A DNA stretch of 64,000 bases, from the NCBI GenBank assembly GCA_963785195.1, contig CAWAUE010000003.1:9137-73136 (forward strand), given 5' to 3'. Positions 48,792 to 58,945 of the stretch are shown here, one piece after another; positions within the stretch are counted from its first letter, which is position 1, and every line of letters begins with the position of its first letter. The notes under the pieces were generated by a model that was not told the origin of the DNA, ran no database searches, and worked only from the letters and a program-made list of their open reading frames with translations. The DNA comes from an uncultured Solirubrobacterales bacterium (GTDB lineage Bacteria; Actinomycetota; Thermoleophilia; Solirubrobacterales; 70-9). A program made the position numbers and the translations under genes.

Positions 48792-49535
48792 CTACCCCGG
48801 CCGAGGGTCGGCGGCCGCCCGGCGGCTGATGACGATGATCAGCCAGATCGCGATCGCGACGCCGATCGCACCCACGATCGCAAGCCCGATTCCGACCCAG
48901 AGCAACCAGTCGACCTTGGCCCCGACGTCGGCCTCGACCGAGACCCCACGGCTGGCATCGGCGTTCATGACCACCGCCGACCAGACCCCGGACTCGGCAT
49001 CCCAGTCGACCCGCTGCTCGCCGGGGCCCTGGCTGCGCGCGGCCCAGATCCGCTCGGCCCCGGGCGGGCGGGCGGGCGGGCCCCCGGGAAGCTCGTCGTA
49101 GCGTGCGGCGCCGTGGACGAAATCGGTCAGCCGCGAATGGGCCACACGGGCGAGATAGCGGTCGACCGCCGCCGTGCGGGCGATCCCGAGAAACAGCGGT
49201 CGCGAGTCCGGACTCTGGACCGTGATCCGCACCTTGCCCAGCAGATCGTCAGGAGTCGGTCCGCCGGGATCAATGCCGAGATCGATCTGGTCGGTGCTGA
49301 CCGCATACCCGGCGCTGTGCAGGGGCTTGTTGTTAGTGCTGAGGAAGCCGTCGTCATCGCGGGCGAAGGAGTTGACCGCGATCAGCGCGAGTCCCCCGAG
49401 CAGCAGGGCGAGCGCGAACAGCGCGCCGATGCTCGTGGCGATCATCCCCACCACCCGCCCGCCGGTCCAGTTCGACGGCGGCGGGGAGGCGGGCGCGGGA
49501 ACCGGCTCGGGTGTCGTTGACTCGGTGTCCTGCAT
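48792..49535 (-). CDS. Hypothetical membrane protein (last gene of the MMPL-ABC operon)
   Basis: ATG 49535 shares one base with the upstream stop (TGATG). One N-terminal and one C-terminal TM helix flank a ~170-aa domain. Confidence 0.6.
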   Translation of the reverse strand: MQDTESTTPEPVPAPASPPPSNWTGGRVVGMIATSIGALFALALLLGGLALIAVNSFARDDDGFLSTNNKPLHSAGYAVSTDQIDLGIDPGGPTPDDLLGKVRITVQSPDSRPLFLGIARTAAVDRYLARVAHSRLTDFVHGAARYDELPGGPPARPPGAERIWAARSQGPGEQRVDWDAESGVWSAVVMNADASRGVSVEADVGAKVDWLLWVGIGLAIVGAIGVAIAIWLIIVISRRAAADPRPG

Positions 49536-50260
49536 CACGTCACGTCCCGTCGGCGGACCAGGACCCAGGCCACTGCGCAGCACGCGATCGTGGTCGCCGC
49601 GAGCACCGCCGCGCCCACCGCGGGCGGCGCATTGCCCTGGTCGAGCAGTGACTGCAGCGCGCCGTATGGCATGTAGGAGGCATTCTCGTCGAGGACGATG
49701 CCGGCGACCTTCTCGGCCGGGAAGAGGCCGATCACGACCAGCAGCGCCACGGGTTGGCTGCGACAGATGAAGGCGATCGCGACCCCAAGCCCGGCAAACA
49801 GGACCGCCCCGAGCAGCACGCTGGCGACCAGCTGGACGACATCGCCGCTGGAGTAGTCGAGGGTGAGGTCCTTCGAGGCGATCATGGGCGCCGCGATCGC
49901 GAGCCCCAGGCCGATCGAGAGCGCCGCGAGCACGGCTCCGAGGCCGCCGAACGTGAGCAGCTTGGCGGCCACCACGCGCGCTCGAGATCCCGCGAGGAAG
50001 CGCTGGCTGATCGTCTCGTACCGGTACTCGCCGCCGACGCGGATCACGGCGAAGACGGCGACGAAGACCGCGCTCATGATGCCGGCCGTGATCGCCAGCG
50101 GCTCGCGCAGCTGATCCGGCGTGATCGTCCCGGGCTTGCCGGCATCGCCCATCGAGGCGCCGACGATCAGGCCGACCAGCGCCAGCAGCGCCACCGGGAG
50201 GATCCAGGTCGTGCGCAGCGTGCGCACTGCCAGCAGCTCGGAGCGGATCAGGGCGGTCAT
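49535..50260 (-). CDS. ABC-2 type transporter permease
   Basis: 241 aa with six hydrophobic helices. Overlaps the ATPase gene. Confidence 0.8.
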   Translation of the reverse strand: MTALIRSELLAVRTLRTTWILPVALLALVGLIVGASMGDAGKPGTITPDQLREPLAITAGIMSAVFVAVFAVIRVGGEYRYETISQRFLAGSRARVVAAKLLTFGGLGAVLAALSIGLGLAIAAPMIASKDLTLDYSSGDVVQLVASVLLGAVLFAGLGVAIAFICRSQPVALLVVIGLFPAEKVAGIVLDENASYMPYGALQSLLDQGNAPPAVGAAVLAATTIACCAVAWVLVRRRDVT

Positions 50261-51159
50261 CGGGCGACCTCCTCGTCGGGGGTGGTCAGGTCGAGGAAGA
50301 CCTCCTCGAGACTCGAGCCCTCCCCGGTGATCTCGTAGAGCACGATGCGGTTGTCGAAGGCCAGCTGCCCGATCGCCTCCTGGCTCGCGCCGGTGACCGT
50401 GAGGACGTCGTCTCCGTTCGGGTGGGTCTGCATTCCGCCCGCGGCGAGGACGGCCGTCAGCCGGGCGAGCTCCGGCGAGCGCAGCCGCACCCGGCCCGTG
50501 TGGCCGTTCGCGGTCAACTCCTCGAGCGGAGCGTGGGCGACGAGCCTGCCGGCGCTGATCACGACCACCTCTTCGACGGTCTGGGCGACCTCCGCGAGCA
50601 CGTGGCTGGAGAGGAGGATCGTCCGGCCCTCGGCAGCGAGCCCGCGGAGGAATCCGCGCAGCCAGCGGATGCCCTCCGGGTCGAGCCCGTTCGCGGGCTC
50701 GTCGAGGATCAGGATCTCCGGATCGCCCACCAGGGCGGTGGCGAGGCCGAGCCGCTGGTGCATCCCGAGCGAGAACTGGCCGATGCGCCGCTCGGCCGCG
50801 CCCTGCAGGTCGACCAGCTCGAGCAGCTCGTCGGCGCGCGAGCGCGGCACCCGCGCCTCGGCGGCCGCGATCCTCAGGTGACTGCGGGCGTTGCGGCCCG
50901 GATGCGCGCTCGCCTCGAGCATCACCCCGACCTCGTGCAGGGGGTCCTCGAGCTCCGCGTAGGGCCGACCGGCGATCGTCGCCGTGCCGGAGGTCGGCGT
51001 CACCAGCCCCAGGAGCGAGCGCAGGGTCGTCGTCTTCCCGGAGCCGTTCGGCCCGAGGAAGCCGGCGATCGTGCCCGCGTCGATCGTGAAGCTCAGGTCC
51101 TCGACCGCCCGCACCGGCCCGAACTGCTTCGTCAGGTGCTCGACCTCGATCAGCGCCAT
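50257..51159 (-). CDS. ABC transporter ATP-binding protein
   Basis: ORF trimmed to ATG 51159 (MALIEVEHLTKQFG). Motifs GPNGSGKTT, FSLGMHQRL, ILILDEP. Confidence 0.9.
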   Translation of the reverse strand: MALIEVEHLTKQFGPVRAVEDLSFTIDAGTIAGFLGPNGSGKTTTLRSLLGLVTPTSGTATIAGRPYAELEDPLHEVGVMLEASAHPGRNARSHLRIAAAEARVPRSRADELLELVDLQGAAERRIGQFSLGMHQRLGLATALVGDPEILILDEPANGLDPEGIRWLRGFLRGLAAEGRTILLSSHVLAEVAQTVEEVVVISAGRLVAHAPLEELTANGHTGRVRLRSPELARLTAVLAAGGMQTHPNGDDVLTVTGASQEAIGQLAFDNRIVLYEITGEGSSLEEVFLDLTTPDEEVAR

Positions 51160-53480
51160 CAGACCGCCACCGGCTCGGGCTTCGTCGGCTTGCTGGGCTC
51201 CTCGGCTTCGGGCGCCTCGGCGGGCGGAGGCGGCAGGTCCGGCGTCTCCGAGCCCATCCGCGGCAGCCACTCGAGCCAGCTCGGCAGATACCAGTTCCAG
51301 TCGCCGAGCACCTTCATCGACGCCGGCAGCAGGACCCCGCGAACGATCGTCGCGTCGATCAGCACGGCCGCGGCGAGGCCGACGCCGAGCTCCTTCAGGT
51401 CGATGAACTGCAGGGTGGCGAAGACCGCGAAGACGCCGAACATCACTGCGGCGGCGCTGGTCACCGTCCCCGCTGTGGACGAGATCGCGCTCCGCACCGC
51501 GTCGCCGGTGCTCATCCCCGAGTCGTAGGCCTCGCGGACCCGGGAGAGGATGAACACGTGGTAGTCCATCGAGAGCCCGAACAGGATCACGAACAGGAAC
51601 AGCGGCAGCCACGAGGCGACGCCTCCGTTGGAGTTAAAGCCGAGCAGCGACTCGGCGTGACCGTCCTGGAAGGCCAGGACCACGACCCCGTAGGCGGCGC
51701 CGACGGACAGCAGGTTGAGCACGATCGCCTTGATCGGGATCACGATCGAGCGGAACGTGACCAGCAGGAGCAGGAAGGCGAGCCCGAAGACGAAGGCGAA
51801 GATCAGCGGCAGCCTGCTGTTGGACTGGCTGCGGGAGTCCTGCGACTGCGCCGCATCGCCGCTGACGTTGACCGTGGTCGTGTCGAGCCCGCCGACGGTC
51901 GCCGGGACGATCTGGTTGCGGACCTCGTCGAGCGCGTTGGTCGAGGCGGCGTCGGTGCCGTTGCCCTGGCTGGGGATGTCGATCTCGGCGACCGTGCCGT
52001 CGTCGCTGTAGGTGACCGAGGTCCCGGGCAGGAACGAGTCGGACGCCTTGACCTGATCCTTGAGCGCGGTGATCTGGGTGGCGACATCGCCTGAGCGCAC
52101 GTCGTCGGCCTCGACCACGACGGTCGTGGTCACGCCCTCGCTCGGGAACACGGCCTTGACCTGGTTGTAGGTCTTGATCACCGCCAGGTCCTGCGGCAGG
52201 TCATCGACGCCGCTGATCACGGTCTTCATGTGCAGCGCCGGGATCGAGAGCGCGACCAGCGCGCCGCCGGCGAGCACGATCGACAGCCACGGACGGCGGG
52301 TGACGCGATCGATGACCGCGGTCCAGAAGCGCGACTCCCCTCCTGGGCGGCGGCGACGGCCGAGGAACGGGATCCGCCCCTTCTCGACGCGGTCGCCGAG
52401 CCACGAGAGGATCGCCGGTAGCACCGTGAGCGAGGCGAACATCGCGATGCCGACCACGATCATCGTCCCGTAGGCGAAGGAGATGAACGCCTTGTCGCCG
52501 CTGATGAACATCCCGGCCATCGCGACGAGCACGGTGAGGCCAGAGATCAGCACCGCGCGCCCGGAGGTCGCCGCGGCGACCTCGAGCGCCGAGACCTCGT
52601 CGCGGCCGGCGGCGCGCTCCTCGCGCTCGCGCCGCAGGTAGAAGAGCGAGTAGTCGACCCCGACCGCGAGGCCGATCATCAGGATGACGGCGTTCACGTT
52701 GGCGTCGAGCGGCAGCGCCAGGCTCGGGATCGCCACGAGGCCGAGGGCTGCGAGCACCGATGTGAGACCGATGAGGAGCGGCACGCCCGCGGCCACGAGC
52801 GAGCCAAACGTGATCGTGAGGATGATCAGCGTGATCGGCAGGGAGAGCATCCCCGCCTTGCCGATGTCGTCGGTGATCGTCCCGTTGATCGCCTTCTCGG
52901 CGCTGGCGCCGCCGAACTGCTCGATCACCATGTCGGGGTTCTCGGCCTGGACGGCGGCGGTTGCCGCGAGGGTCGGATCGACCCTGTCCTTGGCCTCGAT
53001 CGAGTCGCCGGCGATCGTGAAGTTGACCAGGGCGGCGTGGCCGTCGGGAGTCACCTCGGTGTGCCCGTCGAGGGGCGACTTCAGGTCCTCGACGTACGGG
53101 ACCTTCGCCAGGCGTCCGGTGACGTCCTCGGCCGCCGCCTGGAACTCGGGATCGTCGAGGGTGAGCGTGTCGCTCTTCAGCAGCACGACCTCCTCGATCG
53201 GCCGCAGGCCGGCGTCGTCGAGCGCCTGCTCGGCATCGTGGGACTCGCCGGTGTACTGATCCACGCCGGTGAGCTGATTGGCGCCGATCATGTTGCCGAG
53301 CATGAACGCGACCACGACGAAGCCGAGCCAGCCGAAGATCGCGACCTTGCGGTGGCGTCCGCTCCAGCGGGCGGCGCGCGCAGGGAGGTTCATCGCCTGC
53401 CGGGCACGGCCAGGCGGGTCGGCGGGGGACGTCCCGCCGTTGGACCGATCCGGCTCGTCCTGAATCACCCGTGACTTCAT
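51159..53480 (-). CDS. MMPL family (RND superfamily) transporter
   Basis: 773 aa with two 6-TM bundles and large extracytoplasmic loops. ATG 53480 follows GAGGGA. Confidence 0.9.
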   Translation of the reverse strand: MKSRVIQDEPDRSNGGTSPADPPGRARQAMNLPARAARWSGRHRKVAIFGWLGFVVVAFMLGNMIGANQLTGVDQYTGESHDAEQALDDAGLRPIEEVVLLKSDTLTLDDPEFQAAAEDVTGRLAKVPYVEDLKSPLDGHTEVTPDGHAALVNFTIAGDSIEAKDRVDPTLAATAAVQAENPDMVIEQFGGASAEKAINGTITDDIGKAGMLSLPITLIILTITFGSLVAAGVPLLIGLTSVLAALGLVAIPSLALPLDANVNAVILMIGLAVGVDYSLFYLRREREERAAGRDEVSALEVAAATSGRAVLISGLTVLVAMAGMFISGDKAFISFAYGTMIVVGIAMFASLTVLPAILSWLGDRVEKGRIPFLGRRRRPGGESRFWTAVIDRVTRRPWLSIVLAGGALVALSIPALHMKTVISGVDDLPQDLAVIKTYNQVKAVFPSEGVTTTVVVEADDVRSGDVATQITALKDQVKASDSFLPGTSVTYSDDGTVAEIDIPSQGNGTDAASTNALDEVRNQIVPATVGGLDTTTVNVSGDAAQSQDSRSQSNSRLPLIFAFVFGLAFLLLLVTFRSIVIPIKAIVLNLLSVGAAYGVVVLAFQDGHAESLLGFNSNGGVASWLPLFLFVILFGLSMDYHVFILSRVREAYDSGMSTGDAVRSAISSTAGTVTSAAAVMFGVFAVFATLQFIDLKELGVGLAAAVLIDATIVRGVLLPASMKVLGDWNWYLPSWLEWLPRMGSETPDLPPPPAEAPEAEEPSKPTKPEPVAV

Positions 53481-53597
53481 CGCCGCTCCCTCGCGTCGTG
53501 GACAGGTCCAGCCTCCACCGGCGACGCGCGCCGGGGAAGCCGGGAATCACCCGGATTCGGGGGTCGGGTTTCTGGTATCCGGGGCGCGGGCGGCCGC

Positions 53598-54243
53598 TCA
53601 GGAGCGCAGGAACATGAGCACCGCGAGCACGCGGCGCGACTCGCTCCCGGTCGACGGCAGCCCGAGCTTGCCGAAGATGCGTGGAGACGTACTTCTCAAC
53701 CCCCCGGACGCTGATCACGAGCTCGTCGGCGATCCCCTGGTTGGAGCTCCCGGTGGCCATCAGCTCGAGCACCTCCCGCTCGCGCGGGGTCAGCTCGTCG
53801 AGCGGGTCGTCGCTGCGGCGCCGCGAGACCAGGGTCGAGACGATGATCGGGTCGAGCGCCGAGCCGCCGTTCGCGACCCGCCGTACGGCGCCGATGAAGG
53901 CGTCGACATCCCCGATCCGGTCCTTGAGCAGATAGCCGACGCCCTCGGCCGAGTCGGCGAGCAGCGTCATCGCCAGGCCCAGCTCGACGTACTGCGAGAG
54001 GACCAGGACGCCGACCTCCGGGTGGTCGGCGCGGATCTCGAGCGCGGCGCGCAACCCCTCGTCGCGATGGGTGGGCGGCAGGCGGATGTCGACCACCGCG
54101 ACGTCGAGCGGATAGCTGTTGGCCTTCAACAGGAGCTCGTCGGCGGTCGTGCACTGGGCGACCACGTCGAACCCCGCCTCGTCGAGAAGCCGAGCGAGCC
54201 CCTCGCGCAGCAGGACGCTGTCCTCGGCGATCGCTACCCGCAT
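53598..54243 (-). pseudogene. LuxR/NarL-family response regulator; frameshift near 53679
   Basis: Receiver MRVAIAEDSVLLREGL...VAVVDIRLPP. HTH LTPREREVLELMATGSSNQGIADELVISVRGVEKYVS. After VST the expected IFGKLGLPSTGSESRRVLAVLMFLRS-stop is in the next frame. Confidence 0.85.
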
Positions 54244-56031
54244 GGAACCTGCGCCCGCACCCGCGTCCCGCCGCCGTGCGGCGTCCAGACCTGCAGCCTG
54301 CCGCCGAGCGCCTCGACGCGGTCCGCGAGGCCGCGGAGGCCGGAGCCGGCCTCGGTGTCGGCGCCGCCGACGCCGTCGTCGAGGACCTCGACCACGAGGT
54401 CGCCGTTCTCATGCGCGACGCTCGACCGCCGCGGACGCCGCCTGGGCGTGCTTGCCCACGTTCGCAAGGCCCTCGCTGATCACGTAGTAGGCGGCGACCT
54501 CGGCCTGCTCGTCCACCCTGTGGTCGAGCGCGATCTCGAGTCGCACCGGGACCGCCGAGGTGGCCGCAAGCGATTCGACCGCGACCGGGAGACCGTGGGC
54601 GGTGAGCACGGCCGGGTGCAGACCGCGGGCCACGGTCCGCAGCTCGTCGAGCGAGACCGCGATCTCGCGCCGCGCCTCGGCGATCCGCACCTGGGCGTCG
54701 GGGTCGTCGCGGAGCCGGGCACGGAGGCGACCGAGCTCGAGCGAGAGCGCGATCAGCCGCTGCTGGGCGCCGTCGTGGAGATTTCGCTCGAGCCGCTCGC
54801 GCTCCCGCTGCCCGGCCTCGATCACCCGCCCGCGCGATCCCTGCAGTTCCTCGAGGCGGGCCCGGAGCTCGGCCTGCAGCTGGCCGTTCTCGAGCGCGAT
54901 CGCGGCCGAGGCGCTGACCGCGTCGAGGAGCTCGGGCTCGTCGTTGAGCGCGACGTCGTGCTCGAGCACCGCGATCGGCTCGCCCTCGCGCTCGATCAGG
55001 GTCGTGGCCCGATTGTCATCGTCGTCGGCCAGGCGCACGGGCCTGCCTTCGGCGTCGGTCCAGATCGCGTACTGGGGCAGCCAATAGGCGATTCTCAGCG
55101 ACGGATCGTGAAGCGCCCTGGCGAGCGGTTCGCCGAGGTCGATCGGCGTCGGCTGAGCGTGCAGCTCGATCATCAACTCGCCAACCGAGGAGCGGGCAAG
55201 GCGGGCGTCGAGCAGGGCGACGAGGAAGGCAATCGGCGCGAGCCCGATGACGAAGAACGTCGCTCGCTGGACCGGGAGGAAGAACGACTCCTCGGGGAAG
55301 AAGGCGCCGGTGATCAAGAGCACCGCGCTCATCACCAGGGCGAGCGAGAAGGAGTCGACGAGCAGCGCGGCGGAGCGGCGCAGCGGGCGCGCGCCGGCCC
55401 TTCGCCGAGCCATGAGCACCCCGACCCCGCAGAGCAACAGGGCGGCGAGGGCGGCGAGCTGGACCTGCGCCACGGTCGCCGCGGCATCGGGCTCGGAGAC
55501 GACCGCGAGCACGTTCTGTGGATCGAAGCCGCCGAGCATCAGCCCGAGCAACTGCAGGCCGACGGCGACCGCGTAGCTCGCGATCACCAGAGCCCGCTCC
55601 AGGCGACCCGCGAGCACCCCGGTCGGGAAGGCGAGGTAGACGTGCAGGAAAACGGCAAACGGGACGAGGTCGGCGGCCTGGCCGATCGTGGAGGCCAACG
55701 GGGCGCTCGCCGACGAGAGGCTGGAGAGCGCGGTCAAAAAGCCGCCGGCCACCATCAGCGGCCCGAGACGGCTCTCGGGTCGCCGCCACCAGGCGATCAG
55801 CCCGCTGAGGATGTACGAGCAGACGATCCAGTCGAGCAGGGCGGCCTGCAGCCCGGGCTCCGGGCCGCCGTGGCCGCTGTTCAGCCGGAGCACGACCGTG
55901 CAGACGGCGGCCGCGACGCCCGCGAGCGCAATGCCGCAGAGGACCGCCGTCCGCGGCGGCTCGACCGGCCCCCGCGAGCCGTCCATCACCCCGACCCCAA
56001 CCCCGTTCCGCGAAAGCACGGAAGCGGACAT
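54234..56031 (-). pseudogene. Sensor histidine kinase (HisKA_3 type, polytopic N-terminus); frameshift near 54419
   Basis: H-box NLHDGAQQRL and N-box EGLANVGKHA are in ORF 54409..56031. The G-boxes DDGVGG and GSGLRGLADRVEALGG are in ORF 54234..54467. Confidence 0.85.
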
Positions 56032-56083
56032 TCGTTCCTCTCTGGGTCCTGCCGACCATACCGCCAGCCGGCAGCGGCCGCGT

Positions 56084-56227
56084 CTAGTAGCGCTGGCCCG
56101 GGCCGCCGCGACCGAGGATGAGGTTGAGCCACGACCGCTTCCCGCACCGCGGGCACCTGCTCAGCGAGTGCGGCAGTACGGCGCCGCAGTGACGGCACTC
56201 TGGCTTGGGCTTGATGACCGCGGGCAT
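56084..56227 (-). CDS. Possible 47-aa zinc-ribbon protein
   Basis: Own translation: MPAVIKPKPECRHCGAVLPHSLSRCPRCGKRSWLNLILGRGGPGQRY. CxxC...CxxC pattern and high GC3, but no clear SD. Too short for the ORF track. Confidence 0.35.
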   Translation of the reverse strand: MPAVIKPKPECRHCGAVLPHSLSRCPRCGKRSWLNLILGRGGPGQRY

Positions 56228-56239
56228 CGGGCCCGCGGG

Positions 56240-57396
56240 TTAGCCGTGGGCCTTCGCGTACGCCTTGGCCTGCTTCTTCAGCAGGCGGACCTCGTCGCCG
56301 AGCGCGATGTTGGCGTCGACGAGGTGCAGGCCCCAGGTCGCGTCGGGCACCGGGTTGAGCACCGGCGCGCCGCCGAGGCTGGCGATCTCCAGCACGTCCG
56401 CGTCGTCGCTGGAGTCGCAGACGCCGGTGTAGGCGCCCTTCGACTCGATCCACGGCGTGCTGACGTCGGGCTGCGGAACGCCGACCGCCTGGGTCGCGAT
56501 GCCGATCGTCGTCCCGGGCGCGAACGGCGCGCTGGGGAAGATCGAGTCGAGCTCGTGCGGGCCCGCCGCCGAGCGCGGCCGGGTTCACGCAGAGGACGTC
56601 GCGGTGCGGCCGCGGCCGGCGCCGAGGCCGAAGAGCGACGTCGGCCGGCACGGGCGCGTTGAACGTCGAGTAGGCGACCACGCAGCCGGTCTGCTTCGGC
56701 GCCTCGCAGCCCGGGATGTGCTTGAAGTCGCCGCCGACCAGCTTGCCCTCCTTGACCTCGACGTTGCCGCCGTAGAGGTAGGCGCCGACGAGGCGCTTGC
56801 GAACGCCGGGCTTGCGGTCGACCAGGTCCGTGATCAGCTGGCGCAGCACGAAGGTGCCCTGGGAGTGCCCGATGAGGACGATCCCGCGACCGTCGTTGTA
56901 CTTGTGGAGATAGGTCTTCCAGGCGCTGGACCACGTCGTCGTAGGCGAGGTCGCGCTCCTCTTCGGTCGGGGGCGTGTCGCTGAAGAGCGTCGCGAGGGT
57001 GATCTGCCGGTACATCGGCGCGAAGACCCGGCACCGCTGCGAGTAGCGCGCGGTCTGGTAGAGGGCGATCGAGCGCTCCTCCGGGTCGATCGAGAGGTCG
57101 GAGTTGCGGGTCTGGTCGTCGCTGACCGTCGGGTAGACGTAGAAGCAGTCGACCTTCGGGTGCTTGACCTGCTTCGGCTGCGACGTCCCGAGCACCTCGC
57201 CGGTCGGCGAGATCTGCGTGGTCGCGAGGCCCGGCTTGCACGGGTTGTCGGCGAGGCCGGGCTTGCAGAGCCAGACCGTGTCGTCCTTGGCCGCGGCCCC
57301 GGCCGGGAACGCAAGGCAGCACGCGGCCAGGATCGCCGTCCCCACCGCGCCGCCGATACCCAGCCTGCCCCGCACGCGGCGGATCTTAGACCTCAC
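56240..57396 (-). pseudogene. Secreted DUF3089-type lipase (alpha/beta hydrolase); at least two frameshifts (about 56925 and 56555)
   Basis: Signal peptide, then VDCFYVYPT...DDVVQ | AWKTYLHKYNDGRGIVLIGHSQGTFVL...CVNPAALGGGPA | ELDSIFPSAPFAPG...WGLHLVDANIALGDEVRLLKKQAKAYAKAHG-stop. Confidence 0.7.
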
Positions 57397-57853
57397 CGTG
57401 GAAGTACTCCACCTTGCTCGACCGCTCGACGATCGCGTCGTCGTCGCGGTTGCCGGTCCAGACGGCGATCTTGTCGCTGTCGGGATAGACGGTCGCCGCC
57501 GGGTGCAGGACGGTCGAGTACATCATCACCCGGACCGGCTCGTCGGTGCGGTTGTAGATGCCGTGAGCGCCCTTCGGCCCGGTCTCGAACATCACCACGT
57601 CCCACGGCTCGAGCTCGGTCTCCCCGTCGGGGTCGCGCACGGTCGGGTGGCCGATCAGGACCAGCAGCCACTCCTCCTCGGCGTACTCGTAGTGGTACGG
57701 GCACAGCGCCTGCCCGGGCGGGATCTCGTAGACGCTGGTCCCCATCTGCTTCGCGCCGAGCTTCGGCCCGATGCGGTGCATGCCGCTGCGAAAGCCGTCC
57801 GGGTCGTCCTCGTCGTACTCGAACTCCGGGTTCGCGATGTTGATCCGGTTCAC
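57386..57853 (-). CDS. Cupin domain protein
   Basis: PPGQALCPYHYEYAEEEWLLVLIG and GAHGIYN. Overlaps the lipase start by 11 nt. Confidence 0.8.
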   Translation of the reverse strand: MNRINIANPEFEYDEDDPDGFRSGMHRIGPKLGAKQMGTSVYEIPPGQALCPYHYEYAEEEWLLVLIGHPTVRDPDGETELEPWDVVMFETGPKGAHGIYNRTDEPVRVMMYSTVLHPAATVYPDSDKIAVWTGNRDDDAIVERSSKVEYFHGEV

Positions 57854-57869
57854 GTTCCACCTGCTTCCG

Positions 57870-58276
57870 CTAGTCGGTCGGACTCCCCGTCACGCGCAGG
57901 TCGCCAGGCTGCCAGACCTCCTCGGTCCACTGCTGCTCGACCGCCGCTGCCGAGAAGAACCCGATCACCTCGAGGTCCTCGCACCGCTGTTGTGCAGGTC
58001 GTGCGCCTCGCCCACGGCGAGGACCACGACGTCGCCGGCGCGCACCGGCTCGAGCCCGAGTCCAAGCAACTCGCCGCCGCGCGGATGAACTGCGTCTCCT
58101 CGGCGGTGTCGGATGGCGACCGAGCGCTTGCCCGGCGGGATCGCGAACCAGATCACGGTCGAGCTCTCGGCCCCGTCGCCGCCGTGGGCAAAGAAGCCGC
58201 CGACCCATTCGGCGTCGTCGCTGGTGCTCGAGGTCAGACGCGTGACCTCGAGTCCGTCCTTGTTGATGGGATCCAT
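57870..58276 (-). pseudogene. Cupin domain protein; frameshift near 57981
   Basis: ATG 58276 after AAGGAG. MDPINKDGLEVTRL...IPPGKRS...GDVVVLAVGEAHDLHNSGA | EDLEVIGFFSAAAVEQQW...stop at 57870. Confidence 0.65.
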
Positions 58277-58344
58277 CCCGATCTTCTCCTTCGTCGATCG
58301 CGGGACCCTCCGAGCCGCGGGCAACCGTACCCGATCGCCCGCGG

Positions 58345-58933
58345 TCAGCAGGAGGCGAAGAAGCGCTCGAGCTGGTCGACGAGGCCGTCGTCGGGGAGCT
58401 CGGTCGCCGGCTGCAGGAGCTGGTTGAGCACCAGGCCGTCGAGCAGCGCCAGCAGCTGCGGCGCGTGGCGGTGCGGGTCGCGACAGCCCGCGGTCGGCAG
58501 GAGCTGCTCGACGAGCAGCAGGTACTCGCGCCGGACCTCGTCGAGGGCGAGCTGGAACATGGGCCGGCGGCGCGCCTCGAGGAAGAGCTCGTAGCGGGCG
58601 ACGGCGAGGCCGGCCCGGTCCGGGGTGAGCCAGCTCCGCACCAGGTCGGCGACCAGCTCCGCCGCGCGGTGGGGCTCGTACGGCCCGTCGGGGACCAGCG
58701 CCTTCATCGCCTCGACCGACGGGCGCTCCAGCTCGACCAGGCGCGAGAGCGCCGCGGTCAGCAGGGCCTCGCGCGTCTGGAAGTAGTTGCTGGTCGAGCC
58801 CTCCGGCAAGCCCGGCGCGGCGGTCGACCGCGCGGTGGGTCAGGCCGCGCCCGCCCTCGGCCTCGAGCACCTCGAGCGCGGCGTCGGCGATCGCCGCCCG
58901 GCGGTCGATCGGAGCTGTCGGCGTCGTCGGCAC
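58345..58933 (-). pseudogene. TetR family regulator; frameshift near 58810
   Basis: GTG 58933. IDRRAAIADAALEVLEAEGGRGLTHRAVDRRAG | LPEGSTSNYFQTREALL, then ORF 58345..58809. Confidence 0.8.
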
Positions 58934-58945
58934 TACATCTGTAGT
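58932..58945. promoter_or_regulatory. Inverted repeat ACTACAtcTGTAGT, candidate TetR operator
   Basis: Fills the 12-nt gap between the TetR GTG (58933) and the P450 ATG (58946). Confidence 0.4.
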
